Shown: positions 16,316 through 25,688 of the stretch, piece after piece | Layout: every line of letters begins with the position of its first letter | Position numbering within the stretch: the stretch's first letter is position 1 | Assembly: GCA_937952215.1 (NCBI GenBank) | Contig: CALFZH010000008.1 | Span: forward strand, 34,661 to 98,660 | Length of the DNA: 64,000 nucleotides | DNA from: an uncultured bacterium | GTDB lineage: Bacteria > Planctomycetota > UBA1135 > UBA2386 | Direction of reading: 5' to 3' | The notes under the pieces: generated by a model | What the model was told of the DNA's origin: nothing | Databases searched by the model: none | The model's input: the letters and a program-made list of their open reading frames with translations, nothing else | Position numbers and translations under genes: made by a program

Positions 16316-19300
16316 TCAGGGCAGCGGCCGGGTGTAGATCACGGTCAGGGACGGGCGGTTGGCGGGCGTGACGTCCTCGCGGGTGGCGAACCACTTGACG
16401 CGTTTGCCGGCGCCCTCGTCACCGACCAGGATCCAGCCGTTGTTCGCGACGGGCGAAACGGCCGCGCGCCATGCCTGGACGTCGGCGCCGAGGTTCCCAG
16501 AGACGTACTGGCCTTGGGGGTTGTCGACGATGATCGAAGCCGTTGGCGACCCCTGGAAATCGCCGCCCGGCGAGGTCCAGGCGGTCGAGAAGCTGCGATT
16601 GATCCAGGTTGCCCCGCCGCCCGCGGTCGCCAGGCCCTGGCCGGAGGACAGCGCGACGGCGGTGCCCTCGGTCCACGCTGCGTTCGCACGGTGGAAGTTG
16701 ATCGTGCGCGGCCCGGTCAGCTGCGACGCGCCCTGCGGCGTCGTATGGAAGAGCGTCAGCAGTGCGGAACTGACCGTCGACCCGGACGGGATCGAGGTCA
16801 CGTTGAAGCGGATCATCGCGCGCCGCGGCCCGTTGCTGTCGGCGTTGCCGGTGACCATGTCGACGCCAGCACCGTTGCTGAAGCTCTGCGCCGTCACGTT
16901 CGAGTAGATCGTGTTGTCCGCTGTCGGGCTGAGCGTGACGGTCTCGGTGTCGGAGACGATCGTCAGATTCTGCTGCACGGAGGCCGGGCCGCCGGGCCCG
17001 TCGACCGACAGCCGCACCACGAACACGCGCGTCGACGCAGTGGTGTTCGGGAAACTGCGGCTCGTGGGTGAGCCGGTCGCGGTCAGCGTGCCCTGGGCGT
17101 TCACGAAGTCGAAATCCCAGTTGAAGGTCGTCGGCGATCCCGTCGACGTGCTGGTGAACGTGACCGTCTCCGACTCGTAGGCCGAGGTGCGGTTCGCGCC
17201 ACCCACCTGCATCGTGAAGTTCGCCGTGCTCGTCACGGTGATGACCTGGGTCGCGGTGTCGACGCCGCCTGGCCCCGTGGCCGTCAACGTCACCGTGGGC
17301 GTGCCACCGTTGGTGAAGACGTGCGTCGGGCTGGTCGTGGTCACCGGCAGGCTGCCGTCCCCGAAGTCCCAGCTGAAGCTGACGGCGCCGGTCGACGTGT
17401 TGGTGAACGTCACGGACAGCGGCGCGGGCCCGGACGTCACCGACGACGTGAACGCCGCGTTGACCGGCGCGAACACCTGCACCGCGCCGTTCTTGATCTC
17501 GGTGTCGGTGCCGGCCTCGTTGGTCACGACCAGCCGCACGTTGTAGGTGCCAGGCGCCGCGTAGCTGAACGTCGGGTTCTGCAGCGTCGAGTCGATGAAG
17601 CCGTCGTTGGTGAAGTCCCACTGCCAGCTCGTCGGCGACTGCGTCGACGTGTCGGTGAACTGCACCAGCAACGGCGCCACGCCGCTGGCCGGCGTGAACG
17701 TGAAGTCGGCGACCGGCGCCTCGACCGCGATGATCAGGTTGGTCGCGACGAACTCGTCCGTGAGGGTCTCGCCCGCTCTCACCTTGCTGGCGACGAGCCG
17801 CACCGAGTAGACGCCCGGTGTGGCGAACACGCGCGTCGGGTTCTGTTCGGTCGAGTCGATCGTGCCGTCGTTCTCGAAATCCCACTGCCAGCTGGTCGGC
17901 GCGCCGGCCGACGTGTCGGTGAACGTCACCGACAGCGGTGCAACGCCGCGCACTGGCGTCGCGGTGAAGCCGGCGAACACGCCCGCCGTCTCGTCGAGGA
18001 ACCCGACGACCAGGTTCGTGCTGTCACAGGCGCCGAGGTTCGTCGCCGCCGTCGCGTAGGCCAGGAAGCCGGTCTGGAAGCTCTCGCTGCCGGCGAAGCT
18101 GCCGAGCATCGCGCTGCCCGACGCGCCGTTGGCGTCGGCGCCATCGTTCGCAGTCAGGCTCACGCGGAACGGCAGGACGTAGCCCGTCGCGAGGGGTGGC
18201 ACTTCGACCAGGAACACGTCGGCGGCTTTGTTGCGGTCGGGACTGCTGCTCTTCACGTCGATGTTGTCGGCCTCCGAAGTGAACACGACGCTCGTGCCAT
18301 CGGTGCCGATCACGGGGTTCGTGGCGTTGCCGTTGCCGATCGCCGAGGCGGTCGGTGTCGCGCTCTGGTTCAGCAGGGTCGAGGTTCCCCCGCCGTTGGT
18401 GCTGTCGAACAGGAACACGTTGGTCGCTGCGACCAGCCCCGGTGCCAGGTTGGTCGCGGCGGACTGGAACGCCACCAGGATGCGCCCACTGGCGGCGACG
18501 TGGATGCTCGGCGCACTGCTGGGGCCGCCGAATGCCTCGACGCCGCCGCTGGTCACGCTGCTGCGCACCTTGGTGAACGGTGAGGCTGCGTCGATGCGCG
18601 TGTGGAACACGTCGCGCACCCCATTGAGGTCGGCGGCGATCAGGTTGGTGGCGGCGCTCTCGAACGCGACGCCGACGCCGGTGGCGTCGAGCGCGGGGTT
18701 CGTGGACGTGCCGTTGCCGCCATTGCCAGTGTTGCCGATCTGGTGACTGACCAGCTGCGTCCAGTTGGTCGCGATTCGCCGCACGAAGATGTCGGTGCCG
18801 TTGCCGTTGGCGTTGCCGAACGGCGTCACGAGGTCGGTGGCCGCCGACGTGAACACCACGACGTCGCCGGTGGCGCCACCGATCGACGGCTGCGTCGAGG
18901 CGCCGTTGCCGGCGGCGGCAAGGCCGTCACGGGCGCTGACCAGCACGTGGTCCAGCGACTGGGCGACGAGGTTGATGCCGCCCCGCGACGGTGCGCCGTT
19001 CGCGTCTTCTTCGACGCGCACCTGCACGATCACCCGGAACACGTCGGTCACGGCGTTGGCGTCGCCGGCCGCAATGTCGCTGGCATCCGACTCGAACACG
19101 ACGTGCACACTGCCTACCGGATTCGTCGCCCCGGGGTTTTTCGGATCGAACGCGGCGTTCGGCACCCACAGCAGTTTCGGCCGCCGCGACGCGCCGTTCG
19201 CCGCATTCGTGGTGCCGCTGGCGCGGCTGACGAGCGTGACGTCCTTCACCGCGGCCGCACCGGTGACGACCCGGCCGCTCGCGTTCCAATCGCGGATCTC

Positions 19301-20128
19301 CTGGATGAAGTTGCGAGAGCCGCCGGGCACCGTGCGCGGCACGCCGTCCTCGTCCTCCGGCTCGAGCACGCCGTCGTGGTCGTCGTCGGCGATGCCGTTG
19401 CGACCGCCGGCGGTCGGCAGGATGCCGGAGTCGAGCGCCCACAGCACGCGGGGGTCGGTGACGAAGTGCTCGACTTCGTCGATCGGCACGCGCGTCGCGC
19501 GATCGGCGAGCTGCGCCACCGTCTCGGTGCGCATGTCGAACGACGCGGCCGGCGCCTGCCAGGCCTCGACCGGGAACGTCGTGAGATCGGTGTGGCACGG
19601 CACGCACGTCGCCGGGTCGTTGATCGGGAACGTCGGCCCCGGCGCCGGACCGAAGTGCGGCAGCGGCGACGACGCGAACGCCTGCGTGGTCGCGGCCTGC
19701 ATGCTGTGGCAGGTCGTGCAGCGCGGGTGCCGGAACTTGCCGGCGAGCGACTGGCTGAACGCACGGGTCTCGATGTCCTGCGCCACGACCGCGGCGAGGA
19801 ACACGTCGCTGGCGCCGTTCTGGTCGCTCGTCCCGTCACGGCTGAGTCGCGTACCGGCTCCATCGGCGTTGTCTGCCGGTGCTGCGGTCGTGAAGCCGAG
19901 CAGCACGACGTCGCGCGCGGGGAGGTTGCCGATCGCGGGGATCACCACGCCCGCCACCGCAGCCTCGGCCGCCGGGTCGGTGGGAATCACGCCGAGGTCG
20001 ATGCCGACGCGCAGGTTGGCACGCGACTGCGATGCCGGCGGGAAGTTCTTGCCCAGGCCCGACGAGCAGGCGTTGAACCAGACGAGAAGTACCAGGGCGA
20101 GGAAGAGAAACAGCGAGCGTGCCGGCAT
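16316..20128 (-). CDS. Giant secreted multidomain protein (1270 aa): two CXXCH motifs, PD40/TolB-like repeats, four PKD domains and a DNRLRE-type C-terminal domain
   Basis: Start is at MPARSLFLFLALVLLVWFNAC. Heme motifs: RCTTCHS and TCVPCHT. At least six repeats of the form V(V/A)F.S.A(T/S)(N/D)L...D(V/I)F. PKD repeats carry APL.V.FT(D/N)TS...W.WDF.(N/D)DG. The C-terminus reads DNTIYSN...RRAMIRFNVTSIPSGSTVSSALLTL. The part of the 1879-aa ORF upstream of 20128 is antisense to real + strand genes. Confidence 0.85.
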   Translation of the reverse strand: MPARSLFLFLALVLLVWFNACSSGLGKNFPPASQSRANLRVGIDLGVIPTDPAAEAAVAGVVIPAIGNLPARDVVLLGFTTAAPADNADGAGTRLSRDGTSDQNGASDVFLAAVVAQDIETRAFSQSLAGKFRHPRCTTCHSMQAATTQAFASSPLPHFGPAPGPTFPINDPATCVPCHTDLTTFPVEAWQAPAASFDMRTETVAQLADRATRVPIDEVEHFVTDPRVLWALDSGILPTAGGRNGIADDDHDGVLEPEDEDGVPRTVPGGSRNFIQEIRDWNASGRVVTGAAAVKDVTLVSRASGTTNAANGASRRPKLLWVPNAAFDPKNPGATNPVGSVHVVFESDASDIAAGDANAVTDVFRVIVQVRVEEDANGAPSRGGINLVAQSLDHVLVSARDGLAAAGNGASTQPSIGGATGDVVVFTSAATDLVTPFGNANGNGTDIFVRRIATNWTQLVSHQIGNTGNGGNGTSTNPALDATGVGVAFESAATNLIAADLNGVRDVFHTRIDAASPFTKVRSSVTSGGVEAFGGPSSAPSIHVAASGRILVAFQSAATNLAPGLVAATNVFLFDSTNGGGTSTLLNQSATPTASAIGNGNATNPVIGTDGTSVVFTSEADNIDVKSSSPDRNKAADVFLVEVPPLATGYVLPFRVSLTANDGADANGASGSAMLGSFAGSESFQTGFLAYATAATNLGACDSTNLVVGFLDETAGVFAGFTATPVRGVAPLSVTFTDTSAGAPTSWQWDFENDGTIDSTEQNPTRVFATPGVYSVRLVASKVRAGETLTDEFVATNLIIAVEAPVADFTFTPASGVAPLLVQFTDTSTQSPTSWQWDFTNDGFIDSTLQNPTFSYAAPGTYNVRLVVTNEAGTDTEIKNGAVQVFAPVNAAFTSSVTSGPAPLSVTFTNTSTGAVSFSWDFGDGSLPVTTTSPTHVFTNGGTPTVTLTATGPGGVDTATQVITVTSTANFTMQVGGANRTSAYESETVTFTSTSTGSPTTFNWDFDFVNAQGTLTATGSPTSRSFPNTTASTRVFVVRLSVDGPGGPASVQQNLTIVSDTETVTLSPTADNTIYSNVTAQSFSNGAGVDMVTGNADSNGPRRAMIRFNVTSIPSGSTVSSALLTLFHTTPQGASQLTGPRTINFHRANAAWTEGTAVALSSGQGLATAGGGATWINRSFSTAWTSPGGDFQGSPTASIIVDNPQGQYVSGNLGADVQAWRAAVSPVANNGWILVGDEGAGKRVKWFATREDVTPANRPSLTVIYTRPLP

Positions 20129-20311
20129 GGACGTGACCTGCGGGTTCGATGCGACGACGGCGAACGAGGCGTGCAGCCTACCGGAACACGCAGGTGGAAC
20201 GACGTGGCAGTTGGCGCGGATCGCCCGGTGGCGGCGACACTTCGCGCCGCTCGGACGTGGCCTTCTCCTCGGCGCGCGCCGATACTGCTTCCCGTCGTCG
20301 CGCGAATCCGC

Positions 20312-22024
20312 ATGAAGAACCGCCTCCTCCTCGTCGCCGGTCTCGGTCTCGCCGCTGCCGGGTGCAAGTTCCTCGCCAGCCAGATCATCGACTACACCGA
20401 GTCGTGGTCGAGCGGCATGCCGAAGAGCCGCGGATCCCTGGCGGGCGGCCTGCAGGCGGGTGAGTGGGTCTACTACTACGAGTCGGGCAAGCCGCGGGCG
20501 AAGGGCGGCTACGCCAACGACCGCCAGCGCGGCGCGTGGACGTACTACTACGAGAGCGGCGTCGTCGAGCGCGCGGGCGCCTTCGACGAGAAGGGGCTGC
20601 GCAGCGGCGAGTGGACGATGCAGTACCCTGACCAGACCCCGCAGGCGCGCGGCAGCTACGTCGCGGACTTCGAAGACGGCCCCTGGCAGTTCTTCGCCGC
20701 GGACGGCTCGCTCGAGCGGGCGGGCCAGTTCGAGGCGGGCCAGTTGTCCGGGCTGTGGCGCTACTTCCACAAGGGTGGCCGACCGCGCGCGGAAGGCATG
20801 TACTGGCGCGGCCAGCGCGTCGGGCCCTGGCGCACCTGGGATGAGCGCGGCGCTGCATCGACGCAGGACTTCGGCAGTCGTCCCGGCGTGCAACTCGTCC
20901 GCGAGACCTGGCCCGACGGCAAGCCGCGGCGTGCTGGCGCCTTGCTGAACGGCGCGCCGGCCGGCCGCTGGACGACGTGGCATCCCAATGGCGAGAGCCG
21001 GTTCTGCTGTGCGCTGAATGGCGCCGTGGCGAGCGGCGTGTTCGAGGCGCGGGACGCGACGGGCGCGGTCGTCGCGCAGGGTCGTCTCGTCGACGGCTCC
21101 TTCGCGGCCGGCTCGCTCGCGGTCGTCGCCGGCGCCACGCGCGAGATCGCCGCGTCGCCGCCGCCGGCATCGGACGCGAAGGAATGGGCGGACGCCGCTG
21201 CACTCGCAGCGCTGACTCCCGAAGCCACGGTGGGGTTGTTCGCGCGGGAGGCCCGTTCGCCGGTCGGCGGCGACGCGCTCGTCGTGCGGTTGCCGGACAA
21301 CGCGCCGCCGGCGGTTTCCGATCCGTCCGTGACCGCCGTGGTGCAGAGCATCGACGACGGTCCGGCGCGCATTCCCGCGCCGATGCAGCCCGACCTGTCG
21401 CCGAAGCAGAAGCAGGAGATGAAGGACTACGTCGCCGAGTACTCCGACGGACCCCGGACCACGGGCGGCGGCAGTCTGCTCGACAAGTACCGTTCGACGC
21501 CCAATTCGCCGCGACCGCAGGGCACCGGCGAGTTGAAGGACTGGTACGGCAAGCCGCTGCCGTTCAGCGAGATGCGAAGCGTCGACGGTGGGTCCATCGA
21601 CCTCACGCAGTACCACGGCAAGAAGAAGGTGATGATCGTCGTGCTGCGCGGCTTCCTCGGCGAAGTGTGCTGCTACTGCATCGCGCAGACCAAGGCGCTG
21701 GCGCAGTCGCGCGCGCGGCTCGAGCAACTCGGCATCGAGGTGCTCGTCATCTACCCGGGCGCCAAGGAGAACGAGGCCTCGTTCGAGCAGGCCTACAAGC
21801 TGACCTTCAACGAAGGCGGGCCGCCCTACCGCGTCTTCTACGATCCCGACCTTGCACTCGTGACCAAGCTCGGCATCGAAGGCGACCTCGCGTCGCCGTC
21901 GACGATCGTGGTCGACGAACAGGGGCTGATCCGCTTCTTCTACAAGGGCGAGCACCGCGCCGACCGACCGGCTGCGAAGAAGCTGGTCGAGGTCATCGAG
22001 GGCATGAGCGGGAGCGGCAAGTGA
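20312..22024 (+). CDS. Lipoprotein with N-terminal MORN/YwqK-type repeats and a C-terminal redoxin (AhpC/TSA-like thioredoxin-fold) domain
   Basis: MKNRLLLVAGLGLAAAGC has a lipobox. Repeats have the form G.W.(Y/T/F)(Y/W)...G......G.Y. The C-terminus reads KKVMIVVLRGFLGEVCCYCIAQTKAL...PSTIVVDEQGLIRFFYKG. Confidence 0.8.
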   Translation: MKNRLLLVAGLGLAAAGCKFLASQIIDYTESWSSGMPKSRGSLAGGLQAGEWVYYYESGKPRAKGGYANDRQRGAWTYYYESGVVERAGAFDEKGLRSGEWTMQYPDQTPQARGSYVADFEDGPWQFFAADGSLERAGQFEAGQLSGLWRYFHKGGRPRAEGMYWRGQRVGPWRTWDERGAASTQDFGSRPGVQLVRETWPDGKPRRAGALLNGAPAGRWTTWHPNGESRFCCALNGAVASGVFEARDATGAVVAQGRLVDGSFAAGSLAVVAGATREIAASPPPASDAKEWADAAALAALTPEATVGLFAREARSPVGGDALVVRLPDNAPPAVSDPSVTAVVQSIDDGPARIPAPMQPDLSPKQKQEMKDYVAEYSDGPRTTGGGSLLDKYRSTPNSPRPQGTGELKDWYGKPLPFSEMRSVDGGSIDLTQYHGKKKVMIVVLRGFLGEVCCYCIAQTKALAQSRARLEQLGIEVLVIYPGAKENEASFEQAYKLTFNEGGPPYRVFYDPDLALVTKLGIEGDLASPSTIVVDEQGLIRFFYKGEHRADRPAAKKLVEVIEGMSGSGK

Positions 22025-24393
22025 GCGGCACCGATCCCGATACGCCGAAGAGGCGCCCGGAATCCACGCAGCCGTTCCGGCCCGCGGGCGCGCCGCAGCA
22101 GCAGCAGCCGGAACCGGCCGAGAACCTGCCGCTGATCCCGGGCATCACGCTGCAGTACGAGATCGCGCGCGGCGGCATGGGCGTCGTCTACAGCGGCCGC
22201 CAGGACTTCCTCGACCGGCGCGTCGCCGTGAAGCTGCTGTCGGTCGAACTCGGCGGTGAGTCGTTCGTCCAGCGCTTCCAGCGCGAGGCCAAGATCCTCG
22301 CCGGCATCAAGCATGCGAACATCGTCGCGTGCCACCTGGCCGGGCAGACCGACGAGGGCCAGTCGTACCTGGTGATGGAGTTCATCGACGGGCCGAGCCT
22401 CAAGAAGTGGATCGCCGACCACGGGGCGGTGCCGGTCAAGGCCGCGCTGCGCACGGCGCGCGCGACGGCGCAAGCACTCGCCCATGCGCATTCGCTCGGC
22501 ATCATCCACCGCGACGTCAAGCCCGAGAACATCCTGCTCGAGACGGTGACGTCGACCGCGCTCGACATCCACTTCCCGTTCACCCCGAAGGTGGTCGACC
22601 TCGGCCTCGCGCGCGCGTCGGAGGGCAGCGCCAGCCTCGGCCTCACTTCGCCCGGTTCGGTGATGGGCACGCCGGCGACGATGTCGCCCGAGCAGTACGA
22701 CGAGCCCGACACCGTCGACTTCCGCACCGACATCTACGGGCTCGGCTGCGCGCTCTACGAGATGCTGGTCGGCCAGCCCGCGTTCCGCGGCAAGAAGCTG
22801 TCGGAGATCGTCGCGAGGAAGCGCGAGCCGATGGCGCCCGATCCCTGCCTCGAGAATGCGGCCGTGCCGAGCGCCGTCGGCGCGCTGGTGCAGTCGATGT
22901 TGGCGCCGAATCGCGACGACCGGCCGAGCAGCTACAAGGAACTCGACGAACAGATCGCGGCGCTGCTCGACGTGCTGTCGGTGTCGGAGTCCCGGCCGAA
23001 GATGCGCGATCTGGGCGCGACGCAGGCGACGATGTTCCATCGGCCGCAGCCGTCGAAGCCGCCGGCGGCCGCGCCGCAGCCGGCGCCACAGTCGTCGCCA
23101 CAGGGATCGCCGCCTCCGCCGGTCGCCAACACGACGAGTCCGGGGTTGCTGCGCACCGCCGAGTTGAACTTCCTCGCCGGCGACGGCGCGCCCAACGCCG
23201 CCGCCGAACCGGCCGCTGCGTTCCAGAGCCGTCCGCCGGCCCCGCCGCCCGCCAAGGACGAGTCGACGAAGAGCAACCTGCGCACTGCCGACATCGGCGT
23301 TGCCTCCGCGGGCAACGCGGGCGAAGCGCCGAAGAAGCGGACGGGCCTGATCGCGGGCTTGGCGGCCGGCGTGATCGGGCTCGGCGCCGTCGGTTACCTC
23401 GTCTCGCAACCGGGTTCCTCGCCGTACGAGACGCCAGGGCCCGGACCCGGGCCGCAGCCGCAGCCGCAGCCGCCGAAGCCGCGGCCCGGGGCGTCCAAGA
23501 ACCAGGCGCCCGTCGTCGCGACGATCAAGGGGCCAGCGCGTGAGGACCTGGGCCGCGCGTTCGAACTTGAGGTCGACGCGAGCGACGCCGACAACGACGC
23601 GATGACCTACGAATGGTCGTGGTCACCGGAGGAGCTGGTGTCCTTGCGCGGGTCGAGCACCGGCAAGAAGGCGCGCTTCCAGTTCTCGGAAGGACTGCCC
23701 GGCGTCGAATGCGTGTTCCACGTCGACGTGCGCGACGGCAAGGAGACCACGCGCCAGAGCCACAAGGTGGTGCTCGGCAGCGTGCCGGCGACGCGACCGC
23801 TCGACGGGTTCAACACCCCGGGCTCGCCGTGGCAGATCGATCGGGTCGAAGGGCGGCGATGGACCGCGGTCACCGATCCCAACGATCCGCACGTGTCGTG
23901 CCGCGCATCCCGCGAGCTGCGCACGATGCGGATCGCGCTCGGGGACGAGCCGTATTGGGAATGGTCGGGGTCCGTGGCATCGGGGGACGAAGAGGGTCGC
24001 TTCGCGAAGATCGGGCTGCGGTTCGAGTTCGGCGACGTCGGCTGGGCGGTGGTGTCGCAGTGCGAGGCGATCGGCGCCGGCAAGCTGCGCGGCCAGATCG
24101 AGATCGTGCAGGTGACGCGCACTGGCGAGGCCTGGATCCACACGCCGCTCGGCACCCCGGTGCGCGTCGAATGGACGCAGTCGGAGGACGACGACTACCG
24201 CGGTGCGTTCAGCGTCCAGCGTCGTGCGGACACCTTGTCGCTCCAGGTCGGCAAGGCCGTGCAGCCGCTCGAAGGCTCGCTGGTGATCGAGTCGGCGGCG
24301 CCGGTCACGTTTCCCGTGCCGGCGGGGGCAGCGGGGCAGCTCACGCTGTTCGTCGACGGCGGCATCGGCCGCTTCCGCATCGACCGCCGCTGA
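22021..24393 (+). CDS. Transmembrane Ser/Thr protein kinase with Pro-rich linkers and an extracytoplasmic domain of about 300 aa
   Basis: GTG start at 22021 overlaps the upstream stop (GTGA). Kinase motifs: ARGGMGVVY, VAVKLL, IIHRDVKPENILL, VDLGLA, GTPATMSPEQ. TM segment: LIAGLAAGVIGLGAVGYLV. The external part has a PKD/cadherin-like repeat (NQAPVVATIKGP...DASDADNDAMTYEWSW) followed by an unassigned domain. Confidence 0.9.
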   Translation: MSGTDPDTPKRRPESTQPFRPAGAPQQQQPEPAENLPLIPGITLQYEIARGGMGVVYSGRQDFLDRRVAVKLLSVELGGESFVQRFQREAKILAGIKHANIVACHLAGQTDEGQSYLVMEFIDGPSLKKWIADHGAVPVKAALRTARATAQALAHAHSLGIIHRDVKPENILLETVTSTALDIHFPFTPKVVDLGLARASEGSASLGLTSPGSVMGTPATMSPEQYDEPDTVDFRTDIYGLGCALYEMLVGQPAFRGKKLSEIVARKREPMAPDPCLENAAVPSAVGALVQSMLAPNRDDRPSSYKELDEQIAALLDVLSVSESRPKMRDLGATQATMFHRPQPSKPPAAAPQPAPQSSPQGSPPPPVANTTSPGLLRTAELNFLAGDGAPNAAAEPAAAFQSRPPAPPPAKDESTKSNLRTADIGVASAGNAGEAPKKRTGLIAGLAAGVIGLGAVGYLVSQPGSSPYETPGPGPGPQPQPQPPKPRPGASKNQAPVVATIKGPAREDLGRAFELEVDASDADNDAMTYEWSWSPEELVSLRGSSTGKKARFQFSEGLPGVECVFHVDVRDGKETTRQSHKVVLGSVPATRPLDGFNTPGSPWQIDRVEGRRWTAVTDPNDPHVSCRASRELRTMRIALGDEPYWEWSGSVASGDEEGRFAKIGLRFEFGDVGWAVVSQCEAIGAGKLRGQIEIVQVTRTGEAWIHTPLGTPVRVEWTQSEDDDYRGAFSVQRRADTLSLQVGKAVQPLEGSLVIESAAPVTFPVPAGAAGQLTLFVDGGIGRFRIDRR

Positions 24394-25075
24394 GCGGTCG
24401 TTGTGGGTCTGCTCACGGGGCCCGGGACGCCGATCGCGAACGAGATCGGGTCGCCGTCGATGCCGAGTGCTTCGTGCTGAGCGCGCTCACGGTGCGGAAC
24501 TTTGCCCGACGAGGGCAGGTCTTAGCCGCTCGGGAGTGATGACAGTTGCGGGTTCAAAGCCCTCTCTGCACGCAGCTCGACGCCTGCTGGCCCAAGCAAC
24601 TGGAAGATCGACATGAACTACCGACACTTGCGGAGGACGGACCGGACGCTGTGTAACGCCGCTGCCAAGTGGAGGTCCGCTGTTGCGCCCTGGAGTCACC
24701 GTGCAACCTCGAGTTCTGGGAGAGGGTCAAAGGCCCGAAGGATCAAATCGACCGCCTGCGCATTCCGACCAAGGCTGGGGTTTGGTCCAACAGGGTCGGC
24801 AACCCTGACGTCACGGCCGACGTCGAGAAAATCGAGAGTGCTGGCCAGAAGACGGGTATCACTGACTGGAGACACCACAAGTCAGCGTGTCCATCGGAGT
24901 CTTCGGTCGTCGTGTTCGACCGCCCGTCCTTCATGATGGAACCGGGAAAGTAGAGCCTCGACTTGCAGATTCGCGCCCTGTCATCGCCGGACTGTGACTG
25001 CCCAACTCCTGGCGCAGCCTTCGAGGCATACTTCCGGCGCCGGAGGCCAGTCACCGAGGATGATCCGCCCAGCGC

Positions 25076-25510
25076 GTGGTTGGCGGAATGGACCGTTACG
25101 ACGCATCCAGCGAGCGGAACCCCATTCTCGTAATGGAACGCTTGGGCTCATCGACGAACACGCGGTGGAATCCACGAACTTGGCTCAGCGCTGCCATGGC
25201 AGGCCTTGTCACGGGTGTTGCAGTTGGTGCCGCCTACCACGTCGGAACGTACGACGACATCCGTATGCCCTGGGGGGCAGCGCCGGTTTACGCGGTGTGG
25301 GCGGAATACGGGCTTGTCTTCGTGACAGTCGTCGTCGGTGCCCCGACGGTTCTGTCGGCGTGTATCGCGGCAGGAGTGCTTGCGATCTGCGTCCTCGTGA
25401 TGATTCGAAAGCCCCGCCTCGCCTGGCCCGCGGGCATGTGCGTGGCTCTCTGCTTGGTCAGCGCGATCGTCGTCATCCATGTGCGTTGCTGGATGCAGAT
25501 GCCTTGGTAA
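25076..25510 (+). CDS. Hypothetical membrane protein (3-4 TM) in a lower-GC patch
   Basis: Hydrophobic segments include LSAAMAGLVTGVAVGAAY, AVWAEYGLVFVTVVVGAPTVLSACIAAGVLAICVLV and MCVALCLVSAIVVIHV. I recognise no family. The start is uncertain. Confidence 0.4.
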   Translation: MVGGMDRYDASSERNPILVMERLGSSTNTRWNPRTWLSAAMAGLVTGVAVGAAYHVGTYDDIRMPWGAAPVYAVWAEYGLVFVTVVVGAPTVLSACIAAGVLAICVLVMIRKPRLAWPAGMCVALCLVSAIVVIHVRCWMQMPW

Positions 25511-25688
25511 GCGTCGGGCTGGCGCGCGGGGCGTAGCGCGTGCAAGCATAGATGGCTGCGCACCTCGCATGTCCGTCAACGGACCACGGCTTTCGCGTGG
25601 AACGCGCGGGCAAGGCTTGGCGAGCGTCGGACCCAGGGAACGAACACCGCGGGCCTGGCAGCGGCATCCGCCTCTCCAGCAGATCATC

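Noticed and set aside
24541-24575. T-loop-like GCGGGTTCAAAGCCCTC that could indicate a tRNA or tRNA-Sec.
   Set aside because: The stem has only 3 clean base pairs, there is no acceptor/CCA or D-arm, and the anticodon register does not give UCA. This is probably chance.
24669-24953. 94-aa ORF (MEVRCCALESPCNLEFWERVKG...) in the low-GC patch.
   Set aside because: It has no recognisable motif, signal or RBS, and overlapping ORFs in other frames look equally plausible. It is left unannotated.
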